A stretch of DNA of 52,523 nt from Jatrophihabitantaceae bacterium (GCA_036497365.1 DASXJN010000054.1:1-52523); one strand, 5' to 3'. Counted from the first letter of the stretch, positions 17,873 through 26,084 are shown. Notes: generated from the letters alone by a model not told the origin. Translations and numbers: made by a program.

Positions 17873-18675
17873 GCGGCGCACGCATCCTGTCCCTGCCCGA
17901 CGCGATCGCGGAACTCGTGCACGACGGCGACACCGTGGCGCTCGAAGGTTTCACGCATCTCATCCCGGTCGCTGCCGGGCAGGAGATCATCCGGCAGGGG
18001 CGGCGCGACCTCACCCTCGTGCGGATGACCCCGGACATCGTCTATGACCAGATGATCGGTGCCGGCTGTGCACGCAAACTCGTCTTCTCGTGGGGCGGCA
18101 ACCCCGGGGTCGGGTCGCTCCACCGGTTCCGCGATGCGATCCAGAACTCTTGGCCCGCCCCGCTCGAGATCGAGGAGCACAGCCATGCAGGCATGGCGAA
18201 CCGCTACGCGGCAGCGGCAGCCGGGCTCCCGTTCGCGGTGCTGCGCGGCTACGCGGGTACCGACCTGATCCGGCACACCGACACCATCAAGACGGTCACC
18301 TGCCCGTTCACCGGCGAGGAACTCGCCGCGGTCCCGGCTCTTGACATCGACGTCACGGTGATTCATGCGCAGCGCGCCGATCGGCACGGCAACGTGCAAA
18401 TGTGGGGCATCGTCGGCATCCAGAAGGAAGCCGTACTCGCCGCGAAACAGGCGCTCGTAACGGTCGAAGAAATCGTCGACGACCTCGAGCCGGTTCCGGG
18501 TCAGCTGATCCTGCCCACCTGGGCTGTCACGGCAGTAGCCGAGGTGCCCGGCGGCGCGCATCCGTCGTACGCACAGGGGTATTCCGATCGCGACAACGCG
18601 TATTACCGGGTGTGGGACCAGATCAGCCGCGATCGCGATCGATTCTCTGACTGGCTCGAGGAACTCGCCGCATGA
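17869..18675 (+). CDS. pcaI: 3-oxoadipate:succinyl-CoA transferase, subunit A
   Basis: ATGA overlap with pobA. It has the CoA-transferase subunit A pattern ('DGDTVALEGFTHLIP...RMTPDIVYDQMIGAGC...FSWGGNPGVG') and lies in the pca operon. Confidence 0.82.
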   Translation: MSGARILSLPDAIAELVHDGDTVALEGFTHLIPVAAGQEIIRQGRRDLTLVRMTPDIVYDQMIGAGCARKLVFSWGGNPGVGSLHRFRDAIQNSWPAPLEIEEHSHAGMANRYAAAAAGLPFAVLRGYAGTDLIRHTDTIKTVTCPFTGEELAAVPALDIDVTVIHAQRADRHGNVQMWGIVGIQKEAVLAAKQALVTVEEIVDDLEPVPGQLILPTWAVTAVAEVPGGAHPSYAQGYSDRDNAYYRVWDQISRDRDRFSDWLEELAA

Positions 18676-19448
18676 CCGACATCAGCACCGCAGTCAGCAA
18701 GGACGATCTGATGATCGTGACCGCGGCACGATCCCTGCGCGACGGCCAGACGTGTTTCGTCGGTATCGGCCAACCGTCCACGGCGGCAAACCTCGCTCGA
18801 CGCACTCACGCACCGGATCTCGTCCTCATCTATGAGTCGGGCACGCTCGGGGCCAAACCCGATCGGCTGCCGCTCTCGATCGGCGACGGCATCCTCGCTG
18901 ACACCGCGGACGCGGTCATCGGCGTGCCCGAGGTGTTCAACTACTGGCTGCAGGCGGGACGGATCGACGTCGGCTTCCTCGGCGGAGCCCAGCTCGACAA
19001 GTTCGCGAACATCAACACCACCGTGATCGGCACCGATTACGACGATCCGAAGGTGCGGCTGCCCGGTGCGGGCGGCGCGCCCGAGATCGCCGCCTCCTGT
19101 CGCGAGGTCGTCATCATCATGCGGCAGTCGCCGCGTTCGTTCGTCGAGCGCGTCGACTTCGTCACCTCGTTCGGCTTCGGCACCGGCCCTGGGCAACGCG
19201 AGAAGCTGGGGCTGCGCGGCAAGGGACCGGTCAAGGTCATCACCGACCTCGGTGTGCTGACGCCTCACGCCCGCACCTGCGAGCTCACCCTCGTGGCAAC
19301 GCATCCGGGGGTGAGCGTCGAGCAGGTGCGCGAACACACCGGCTGGGACCTCGCGGTGGCCGACGAGGTCGCCACCACCGACACACCGACCGACGGAGAA
19401 CTGAAGGTGCTGCGAGCGCTGGAGAAGACGCTGCAGGAAGGAGTTTGA
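18672..19448 (+). CDS. pcaJ: 3-oxoadipate:succinyl-CoA transferase, subunit B
   Basis: ATGA overlap with pcaI. 'VGIGQPSTAANLA...IYESGTLG...GGAQLDKFANINTTVIG...LPGAGGAPEIA' is a CoA-transferase beta subunit. Confidence 0.82.
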   Translation: MTDISTAVSKDDLMIVTAARSLRDGQTCFVGIGQPSTAANLARRTHAPDLVLIYESGTLGAKPDRLPLSIGDGILADTADAVIGVPEVFNYWLQAGRIDVGFLGGAQLDKFANINTTVIGTDYDDPKVRLPGAGGAPEIAASCREVVIIMRQSPRSFVERVDFVTSFGFGTGPGQREKLGLRGKGPVKVITDLGVLTPHARTCELTLVATHPGVSVEQVREHTGWDLAVADEVATTDTPTDGELKVLRALEKTLQEGV

Positions 19449-19449
19449 G

Positions 19450-20175
19450 ATGACGACACTGCACCTGCCGCAGTACCTCACCGAACCTCAGGGCACACAT
19501 CCTGAGTACAACTCGCCCGAGTACCGCAGCACCGCGCTGCGCTACCCGAAACGGCCACTGCACGTGCTGCCGCACCGCCTCACCGAGGTGACCGGGCCGC
19601 TGTTCGGTGACGAACGCGTGGAACCCGGCGACGACGACCTGACCCACTGGGACGGCGGCGAAGCACTCGGACAGCGCATCATCGTGCACGGTCGCGTGCT
19701 CGACTCGGACGGTCATGCCGTTCCGGACTCGCTCATCGAGGTCTGGCAGGCCAACACCGGCGGTCGCTACCGGCACGGCAACGACCAGTGGCCGGCTCCG
19801 CTCGATCCGCACTTCAGTGGTCTGGGGCGAACGGTGACCGACGGCGACGGGAACTACCGGTTCACCACCATCAAGCCCGGCGCGTATCCGTGGCGCAATC
19901 ATCAGAACGCGTGGCGACCCGCGCACATCCACTTCTCGCTGTTCGGCCGGGCGTTCACCCAGCGCCTCGTCACGCAGATGTACTTCCCGGACGACCCGCT
20001 GTTCTTCCAGGACCCGATCTTCAACTCGGTGCCGGACGAGAAGGCCCGGCAACGGATGGTCTCGTCCTACGACCACGACGTCACCACCGACCACTGGGCC
20101 CTCGGCTTCGCGTTCGACATCGTGCTGCGCGGACGCGAGCAGACGCCGTTCGAGAGCGAGCCCGACGATGACTGA
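19450..20175 (+). CDS. pcaH: Protocatechuate 3,4-dioxygenase beta subunit
   Basis: 'IEVWQANTGGRYRHGNDQWPAPLDPHFSGLGR...YRFTTIKPGAYPWRNHQNAWRPAHIHFSLFG' contains the intradiol dioxygenase iron ligands. Confidence 0.92.
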   Translation: MTTLHLPQYLTEPQGTHPEYNSPEYRSTALRYPKRPLHVLPHRLTEVTGPLFGDERVEPGDDDLTHWDGGEALGQRIIVHGRVLDSDGHAVPDSLIEVWQANTGGRYRHGNDQWPAPLDPHFSGLGRTVTDGDGNYRFTTIKPGAYPWRNHQNAWRPAHIHFSLFGRAFTQRLVTQMYFPDDPLFFQDPIFNSVPDEKARQRMVSSYDHDVTTDHWALGFAFDIVLRGREQTPFESEPDDD

Positions 20176-20719
20176 GCTGGGCACCACCCCGTCGCAGACG
20201 GTCGGTCCGTTCCTGTCGATCTGCCTGCCCTGGGCAGACGGCCCTGACCTGGTCGCCGAGGGTGCGGCGAACTCGATCACCCTCCACGGCCGAGTGGTCG
20301 ACGGTGCAGGCGATCCCGTGCCCGATGCACTCATCGAGATCTGGCAGGCCGACCCGAACGGCAGGTTCCCGCACCCGGACGATCCGCGTGGCGCGGCCGG
20401 GTACGACGGCTTCCGCTCGTTCGGACGCTGTCCCACCGACGCGGACGGCAACTACTGGTTCCGGACGCTCAAACCGGGGCGGGTCGATGACGAGCAGGCG
20501 CCGCACGTCGACGTGACCGTGTTGGCACGTGGACTGCTGCGGCACCTCGTGACGCGCATCTATTTTCCGGACGAGTCCGACGCCAACGACGCGGACCCGA
20601 CGCTGCGGGAGCTCGACGTGACCGATCGAGAGCTCCTGGTCGCCGTTCCCGACGGCGATGCGTTGCGATTCGACATCCGTCTGCAGGGCGAGCACGAGAC
20701 ACCGTTCTTCGTCGTCTGA
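20168..20719 (+). CDS. pcaG: Protocatechuate 3,4-dioxygenase alpha subunit
   Basis: 8-nt overlap with pcaH. 'TPSQTVGPFLSI...IEIWQADPNGRFPHPDD...YWFRTLKPG' supports the call. Confidence 0.9.
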   Translation: MTELGTTPSQTVGPFLSICLPWADGPDLVAEGAANSITLHGRVVDGAGDPVPDALIEIWQADPNGRFPHPDDPRGAAGYDGFRSFGRCPTDADGNYWFRTLKPGRVDDEQAPHVDVTVLARGLLRHLVTRIYFPDESDANDADPTLRELDVTDRELLVAVPDGDALRFDIRLQGEHETPFFVV

Positions 20720-20731
20720 CACGCTCACGTC

Positions 20732-21889
20732 ATGACCTCCGAGGTGTTCGACGGCGTCTTCGGCACAACGGCTGTCTCGGCCGCACTCGACGATGCCGCG
20801 ATCATCGATGCGATGTGCGAGGCCGAGACCGCACTCGCTCGCGCGTGTGCGCGCGCCGGGCTCGTCGAGCTGCCTGTTGCCCTCGAGATCGGAGCGGCCT
20901 GCGAGGAAGTGCGTTCGCTCGCGGCCGGCGAGCTGTCCCGCCGTGCCGCCGGCGGCGGGAACCCGGTCATCCCACTCGTCGCCGAGTTGCGCGCGGTCGT
21001 CGAACGCCGCGCGGGATCCGATGCCGCAGCCGCTGTGCATCTCGGCGCGACCAGCCAGGACATCCTCGATACGGCACTGATGCTGGTCGCGTCGCGTGCA
21101 CTCGGCATCGTTGTCGCCGACGTCGGCGATTGTGCGACGAGCACCGCGGCACTTGCCCACGCGCACCGCAACACCCCGATGGCTGCACGAACACTGCTGC
21201 AGCGTGCGCTGCCGACCACCTTCGGCGCAGTAGCTGCCGGGTGGGGGAGCGCGCTGGATGCGGCCGCGGACAAGTTGAGGTCCGTGCGTTCGGAACTTCC
21301 GGTGCAACTCGGCGGCGCGGCCGGCACGCTCTCGGTGCTGCACCCGAAGGGATGGGAGGTCCAGAGCGCCTTCGCGGACGAACTCGACCTGGCGGTGCCG
21401 GCCGCGATCTGGCACAACGACCGCACCGTCATCACCGCGCTGGCCGGCGCACTCGGTACGTGCGCGGCGACGTTGGCCAAGGTCGCGACCGACATCGTCC
21501 TGCTGGCGCAATCCGATGTCGGTGAGCTGCGTGAAGGCGAGCCCGGTGGGTCCTCCGCGATGGCTCACAAGCAGAACCCCATCGCGGCGATCACCGCGCG
21601 CGGCGCGGCCATGCAGGCACCCGGACTGGTTGCGACGTTGCTCTCGGCGGCCGCGCCCGAACTCCAGCGCGGTGCCGGCTCGTGGCACGCGGAGTGGCCG
21701 GCGCTGCTCGCCCTCCTCCGGTACTCCGGCGGCGCGGCGTCGCGCTTGCGCTCGTCACTGAACGGCTTGCAGGTCGTACCAGAAACGATGTCCGCGAATC
21801 TCGCCGCGCTCAGTGACGACGTCGACATCGCCGACACCGGCGCCGCGGGCGAGATCGTCGACCGCTATCTCGAACGGAGACCTCGATGA
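20732..21889 (+). CDS. pcaB: 3-carboxy-cis,cis-muconate cycloisomerase
   Basis: It is a fumarate-lyase-superfamily protein ('HLGATSQDILDT', 'GGSSAMAHKQNP') in pca context. At 385 aa it is shorter than the ~450 aa I remember for PcaB. Confidence 0.82.
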   Translation: MTSEVFDGVFGTTAVSAALDDAAIIDAMCEAETALARACARAGLVELPVALEIGAACEEVRSLAAGELSRRAAGGGNPVIPLVAELRAVVERRAGSDAAAAVHLGATSQDILDTALMLVASRALGIVVADVGDCATSTAALAHAHRNTPMAARTLLQRALPTTFGAVAAGWGSALDAAADKLRSVRSELPVQLGGAAGTLSVLHPKGWEVQSAFADELDLAVPAAIWHNDRTVITALAGALGTCAATLAKVATDIVLLAQSDVGELREGEPGGSSAMAHKQNPIAAITARGAAMQAPGLVATLLSAAAPELQRGAGSWHAEWPALLALLRYSGGAASRLRSSLNGLQVVPETMSANLAALSDDVDIADTGAAGEIVDRYLERRPR

Positions 21890-23007
21890 CGCTCGCCTGG
21901 CGCAGTGACGGCACCGTCGACGCGCCACCGCTGGTCCTGCTCAACTCGATCGGCACCACGACCGACATGTGGGCGCCGCTGGTCGCCACTCTCGGCGAGC
22001 AGTTCCACCTGATCCGAATAGACCACCGGGGGCACGGCGATTCGGCCCCGGTTGCCGCAGCGGGGCGATGCTCGCTCGACGACCTCGGCGCCGACGTCAT
22101 CAAAACCTTCGATGTCCTCGAACTGGATCGAGCGCACGTGGCGGGACTCTCGCTCGGCGGCATGCTCGGCATGTGGCTGGCTGTGCACCATCCGGACCGG
22201 ATCGGCCGGCTGGCCCTGCTGTGCACGTCGGCCCACCTACCCGCGGCGACCTGGATGGATCGTGCGCAGGCAGTCCGCGCGGGCGGTATGCGCACCATCG
22301 CCGATGCCGTCGTCGCGCGGTGGGTGACGGCGGAACTCGCCGGAAGGGATCCCGAACTGATGGCCGGGCTGCGTGACATGGTCGCCGGAATCGACCCGGC
22401 GAGTTATGCGCAGTGCTGCGAAGCGATCGACTCGATGGACCTGCGACCGGATCTCGGGCGTATCGCTGCGCCGACGCTCGTGCTTGCGGGTGCCCAGGAC
22501 CCTGCAATCAGCATCGATCACGCTCACGTCATTGCCGATGGTGTTGCCGACGCACGGCTGCAGGTTCTCGATCCGGCCGCACATCTTGCGACGGTCGAGC
22601 AGCCCGGACCGATCGCGACTGCGCTGCGCGAACACTTCCGCGGTGGCGCGACGCTGGCAGCCGGCTATGCAACGCGTCGTGCAGTACTCGGCGACGAGCA
22701 CGTCGATCGAACGATCGCATCGACGACGCGACTGACCGAACCGTTCCAAGAGTTCCTCACGCGCTACGCGTGGGGAGACATCTGGTCGCGCGCGGAACTG
22801 TCACGACGAGAGCGTTCGATCGCGACGTTGGCATCGCTTGTAGCGCTCGGCGCAGAGCACGAACTTGCGATGCATGTGCGCGCTGCACGTCGCAACGGAC
22901 TCACCGAAGACGACATCGTCGAAGTTTTGATGCACATCGCGTTGTACGCAGGACTGCCGCGTGCGAACCGTGCGATCGCGATCGCACGCGACATCTTCGA
23001 TGGCTGA
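21886..23007 (+). CDS. pcaL: Fused 3-oxoadipate enol-lactonase / 4-carboxymuconolactone decarboxylase
   Basis: The N-terminal alpha/beta hydrolase has 'HVAGLSLGGMLG' (GxSxG). The C-terminal AhpD-like CMD domain has 'WSRAELSRRERSIATLASLVALG...ELAMHVRAARRNGLTEDDIVEVLMHIALYAGLP'. There is a 4-nt overlap with pcaB. Confidence 0.85.
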   Translation: MTLAWRSDGTVDAPPLVLLNSIGTTTDMWAPLVATLGEQFHLIRIDHRGHGDSAPVAAAGRCSLDDLGADVIKTFDVLELDRAHVAGLSLGGMLGMWLAVHHPDRIGRLALLCTSAHLPAATWMDRAQAVRAGGMRTIADAVVARWVTAELAGRDPELMAGLRDMVAGIDPASYAQCCEAIDSMDLRPDLGRIAAPTLVLAGAQDPAISIDHAHVIADGVADARLQVLDPAAHLATVEQPGPIATALREHFRGGATLAAGYATRRAVLGDEHVDRTIASTTRLTEPFQEFLTRYAWGDIWSRAELSRRERSIATLASLVALGAEHELAMHVRAARRNGLTEDDIVEVLMHIALYAGLPRANRAIAIARDIFDG

Positions 23008-23381
23008 CCACGTCGAGAATCTCCTTTTGCAATAAGGACATTCTGACTCTCGATCAACGCGCATGATGTCGCGAACGGCGCCTCGGAGTGTGCGCGATGT
23101 ACGCGAGCATGCATGTGTTGCAACGCAACACACCGCAACGAATTCGTCACCAAGTGATGCGTTGATCGAAAATTTGCGCAACGATGAATGCGTGAACGGT
23201 TGCAACAGTGCACGGACGACGTGTTCGAGTGGAACGGATGCGTCGGTCGTATCACGTGACAAGACGTGCTTCCGTCGACACTCGACGTCGGTACGGCGTG
23301 GCGCGTTGACGCTGCACAGCAACCATCGTCCACTTAATTGACAACGAATATGGATTCGTTGACTGCCGAGGAGGCAACGCA

Positions 23382-23789
23382 ATGACCGCACCAAGGAAGG
23401 CCGCCAAGCGTACGGCCAAGAAGGCGCCGGCCAGGAAGACCGCGGCGAGGAAGACGGCCGCGCGCAAGACCGCAGCGAAGAAGACGACTGCACGCAAGAC
23501 CGCCGCGAAGAAGACCGCGCGGAAGACTGCCGCGAAGAAGACCACCGCACGCAAGACCGCTGCCAAGAAGGCGACGGGTGCGCGGAAGGCCGCTAAGAAG
23601 ACCGCCAAGAAGGCTGTGAAGAGGGTCGCCAAGAAGGCTGCATCCGCGCGCAAGACCGCGGCCAAGAAGACCACCGCTCGCAAGGCCGCCAAGAAGTCGC
23701 CGGCCAAGCGTGCAGCCAAGAAGACGGCAGCGAAGAAGACCGCGGCACGCAAGACGGCGCGCAAGACCGCAACGAAACGCGCACGCTGA
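23382..23789 (+). CDS. Histone-H1-like lysine/alanine-rich repeat protein (probable nucleic-acid-binding protein)
   Basis: 135 aa, almost entirely A/K/T/R in reiterated 'AAKKT(T)ARKT' units. A strong SD GAGGAGG (23368-23374) lies 7 nt before the ATG. Confidence 0.75.
   Translation: MTAPRKAAKRTAKKAPARKTAARKTAARKTAAKKTTARKTAAKKTARKTAAKKTTARKTAAKKATGARKAAKKTAKKAVKRVAKKAASARKTAAKKTTARKAAKKSPAKRAAKKTAAKKTAARKTARKTATKRAR
23392..23780 (+). repeat. In-frame imperfect tandem coding repeats (AAKKTTARKT-type) within the H1-like gene
   Basis: Units such as gccgcgaagaagacc(acc)gcacgcaagacc recur throughout the ORF with synonymous and near-synonymous variation. Confidence 0.6.
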
Positions 23790-23812
23790 TCACGACGCCG
23801 TCCGCCTGACGG

Positions 23813-25213
23813 ATGGTTTCGCATCGGGTCGCCGGTGCACCGCTCGACTTCGCCGCAGTGCGTGCGGAGTTGGCGGTGCCCGGCGATTTCACGTCCGCTG
23901 TCCTCGATGAAGCAGCCGACGCCGCGCGCAGGCCGTTGCCGTCGCGCCGCGACGCGACAGACATCCCGTTCGTCACGGTCGACCCGGCCGGCAGCAAGGA
24001 CCTCGACCAGGCGGCCCATCTCGCGCGCACGGACGACGGCTACCTCGTCAGCTACGCAATAGCCGATGTCGCCGCGTTCGTGACGCCGGGTGGGCAACTC
24101 GATGACGAGGCGCAACGCCGTGGCGAAACGCTCTACTTTCCCGATGCCCGCGTCCCGCTGTACCCCGCCGTCCTGTCCGAGGGAGCGGCCAGTCTGCTGC
24201 CGGACCAGGTTCGGCCGGCGGTGCTCTGGCAGATCGCCCTCGACGACGAGGGCAACGCGCGGCACGTCGACGTGCAGCGCGCGCTCGTGCGCAGTCGCGC
24301 ACAACTCGACTATGTGACCGTGCAGCGCCAGCTCGATGAAGGAACGCTGCCGGACGCGCTCACCCAACTCGGCGAGATTGGCCGCAAGCGGCTGCAACTG
24401 GCCCGTTCGCGGCATGCCATCAACCTCGACCTGCCGGAGCAGGACGTCGACACCAACGATGGTTCGGTGCGTCTCGTCGTGCGCAAACCGCTGCCGGTGG
24501 AGCAGTTCAACGCGGAGCTGTCACTGCTCACCGGCATGGCCGCGGCCCGCATCATGCTCGCCCACGAGATCGGGATCCTGCGGACGCTGCCCGAGCCCGA
24601 TGCGCATGCGGTGGCGTCGCTGCGGCGCGCGGCGCTCGCGCTCGGAGTGAACTGGCCCGAGCATGCGCACGCCGGCGACGTGCTTGCCGCCCTAGATCAC
24701 GGCAACCCGCACGACGTCGCGCTGCTGGAACACGCGACCACGCTGCTTCGCGGCGCGGGTTACACCGCGTTCGCCGGCGCACAGCCCTCCGCGCGGATGC
24801 ATGCCGGCATCGGTGCTCCGTACGCGCATGTGACCGCACCGCTGCGCAGGCTGGTGGATCGCTACGCCACCGAGATCTGTGTCGCGGTGCAGAGCGGCGA
24901 GCCGGTGCCGGACTGGGTGCGGGAGCGCATGACGACGCTGCCCGACGTCATGCAGGCGGCCGACCATCGGGCGCATGAGATCGACCGCGCCGTCGTCGAC
25001 GCGACCGAGGCATGGCTACTTCGCGACAGGGTGGGCGAGAGGTTCCACGCCGTCGTCCTGGACTCGGACGAGCACGCGGCAACGGTGATGCTCGACGATC
25101 CTCCAGTGCGCGCCCGTTGCACCGGCGAGAAATTACAAGCCGGCGACCGCATCACCGTTCAGCTCACGCAAGCGGATGTCGCCACCCGAACTGTCAAATT
25201 CCAATCAGAGTGA
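23813..25213 (+). CDS. RNB-domain exoribonuclease (RNase II/R family, minimal form)
   Basis: Motif I is 'FVTVDPAGSKDLDQA'. 'YFPDARVPLYP', 'HAGIGAPYAHVTAPLRRLVDRY' (motif IV) and an S1-like C-terminus 'ERFHAVVLDSDEHAATVMLDDPPVRARC' support the call. The gene starts 23 nt after the H1-like gene. Confidence 0.85.
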   Translation: MVSHRVAGAPLDFAAVRAELAVPGDFTSAVLDEAADAARRPLPSRRDATDIPFVTVDPAGSKDLDQAAHLARTDDGYLVSYAIADVAAFVTPGGQLDDEAQRRGETLYFPDARVPLYPAVLSEGAASLLPDQVRPAVLWQIALDDEGNARHVDVQRALVRSRAQLDYVTVQRQLDEGTLPDALTQLGEIGRKRLQLARSRHAINLDLPEQDVDTNDGSVRLVVRKPLPVEQFNAELSLLTGMAAARIMLAHEIGILRTLPEPDAHAVASLRRAALALGVNWPEHAHAGDVLAALDHGNPHDVALLEHATTLLRGAGYTAFAGAQPSARMHAGIGAPYAHVTAPLRRLVDRYATEICVAVQSGEPVPDWVRERMTTLPDVMQAADHRAHEIDRAVVDATEAWLLRDRVGERFHAVVLDSDEHAATVMLDDPPVRARCTGEKLQAGDRITVQLTQADVATRTVKFQSE

Positions 25214-25243
25214 CCACGAATGCGATGAGCGCTCGCGCGAAGA
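25212..25243. repeat. Dispersed intergenic repeat, copy A
   Basis: GACCACGAATGCGATGAGCGCTCGCGCGAAGA matches 48058-48089 at 30 of 32 positions. The 22-mer GCGATGAGCGCTCGCGCGAAGA is identical in both copies. It lies in the 37-nt gap between the convergent RNB gene and panB. Confidence 0.7.
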
Positions 25244-25250
25244 TCTTTCG

Positions 25251-26084
25251 TTAGTGGTATTCGTGCTCCGCTGACGGATACGTCCCGCCGCGGACCTCGT
25301 CGGCGTACTGCGTTGCTGCATCGCGCAGCACCGAGCCGATGTCGGCGAAGCGCTTCACGAACTTGGCGGCGCGACCGGAGGACAGGCCGGCCATGTCCTG
25401 CCACACGAGCACCTGCGCGTCGGTCGACGGGCCGGCACCGATGCCGATCGTGGGGATGTGCAGCGCCTTGGTGACCTGGGCGGCGAGTTCGGACGGCACG
25501 ACCTCGAGCACGACCGCGAATGCGCCGGCGTGCTCGAGCGCCTTGGCGTCCTGGACGAGCCGGTGGGCAGCTTCGTCCCCGCGTCCCTGTACGCGGTAGC
25601 CGCCGAGCGCGTTGACCGACTGCGGGGTCAGCCCGATGTGTGCCATGACCGGAATGCCGGCAGCGGTGAGTGCTTCGACCTGCGGAGCGACCCGCTGGCC
25701 GCCTTCGAGCTTGACGGCCTGGGCGCCGCCCTCCTTCATGAACCGACCGGCTGTCTCCAGCGCCTGGGCGGGCGACGCCTGGTAGCTGCCGAAGGGCAGG
25801 TCACCCACAACGAGGGCGCGTGACGTGCCGCGAACGACGCCGCGCACGAGCGGAAGCAGTTCCTCGACGGTGACGGGGACGGTCGTGTCGTAGCCGTAGA
25901 CGACGTTGGCCGCCGAGTCGCCGACGAGCAGCACCGGGATGCCCGCCTCGTCGAAGATGCGCGCGGTCGAGTAGTCGTAGGCCGTGAGCATGGGCCACCG
26001 CTCGCCGCGTTCCTTGGCCAACTGCAGGTCGCGGATGGTGATGCGCCGGTTGGTGACCCCGCCGTACAGAGACGTGTCGGTCAT
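25251..26084 (-). CDS. panB: 3-methyl-2-oxobutanoate hydroxymethyltransferase
   Basis: '[37 protein letters not shown]...[10 protein letters not shown]...AVKLEGG...[10 protein letters not shown]' are canonical PanB blocks. Confidence 0.93.
   Translation of the reverse strand: MTDTSLYGGVTNRRITIRDLQLAKERGERWPMLTAYDYSTARIFDEAGIPVLLVGDSAANVVYGYDTTVPVTVEELLPLVRGVVRGTSRALVVGDLPFGSYQASPAQALETAGRFMKEGGAQAVKLEGGQRVAPQVEALTAAGIPVMAHIGLTPQSVNALGGYRVQGRGDEAAHRLVQDAKALEHAGAFAVVLEVVPSELAAQVTKALHIPTIGIGAGPSTDAQVLVWQDMAGLSSGRAAKFVKRFADIGSVLRDAATQYADEVRGGTYPSAEHEYH

Noticed and set aside
23222-23236. GTTCGAGTGGAAC as a second SOS-like box.
   Set aside because: The half-sites are in the inverted order (GTTC-N5-GAAC) and at the wrong spacing relative to the GAAC-N4-GTTC LexA consensus.
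23063-23341. The 92-aa ORF inside the AT-rich tract upstream of the H1-like gene.
   Set aside because: It has no SD and no recognisable motif. Its Cys/Ser/Thr/Arg-rich composition is unlike that of neighbouring genes. The region is better explained as regulatory or non-coding.
23338-23343. A perfect -35 hexamer TTGACA (and a TTGACG at 23306) as the promoter of the H1-like gene.
   Set aside because: There is no acceptable TANNNT -10 element at 16-19 bp spacing from either hexamer. No promoter can be called without TSS data.
23392-23780. The K/A-repeat DNA and the 15-bp W-repeat array (37891-37995) considered as CRISPR-like or non-coding satellite arrays.
   Set aside because: Both are in frame within well-supported ORFs, lack unique spacers and have no cas genes nearby. 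They are coding tandem repeats.
4826-25213. Calling the ~20-kb stretch between the RNase H-CobC gene and panB a horizontally acquired island.
   Set aside because: It carries core genes (rnpB, lsr2, dinB, gpgS-folP2). It shows no integrase, transposase, tRNA or flanking repeats and no obvious compositional shift in its coding parts. Lineage-specific gene order is the simpler explanation.
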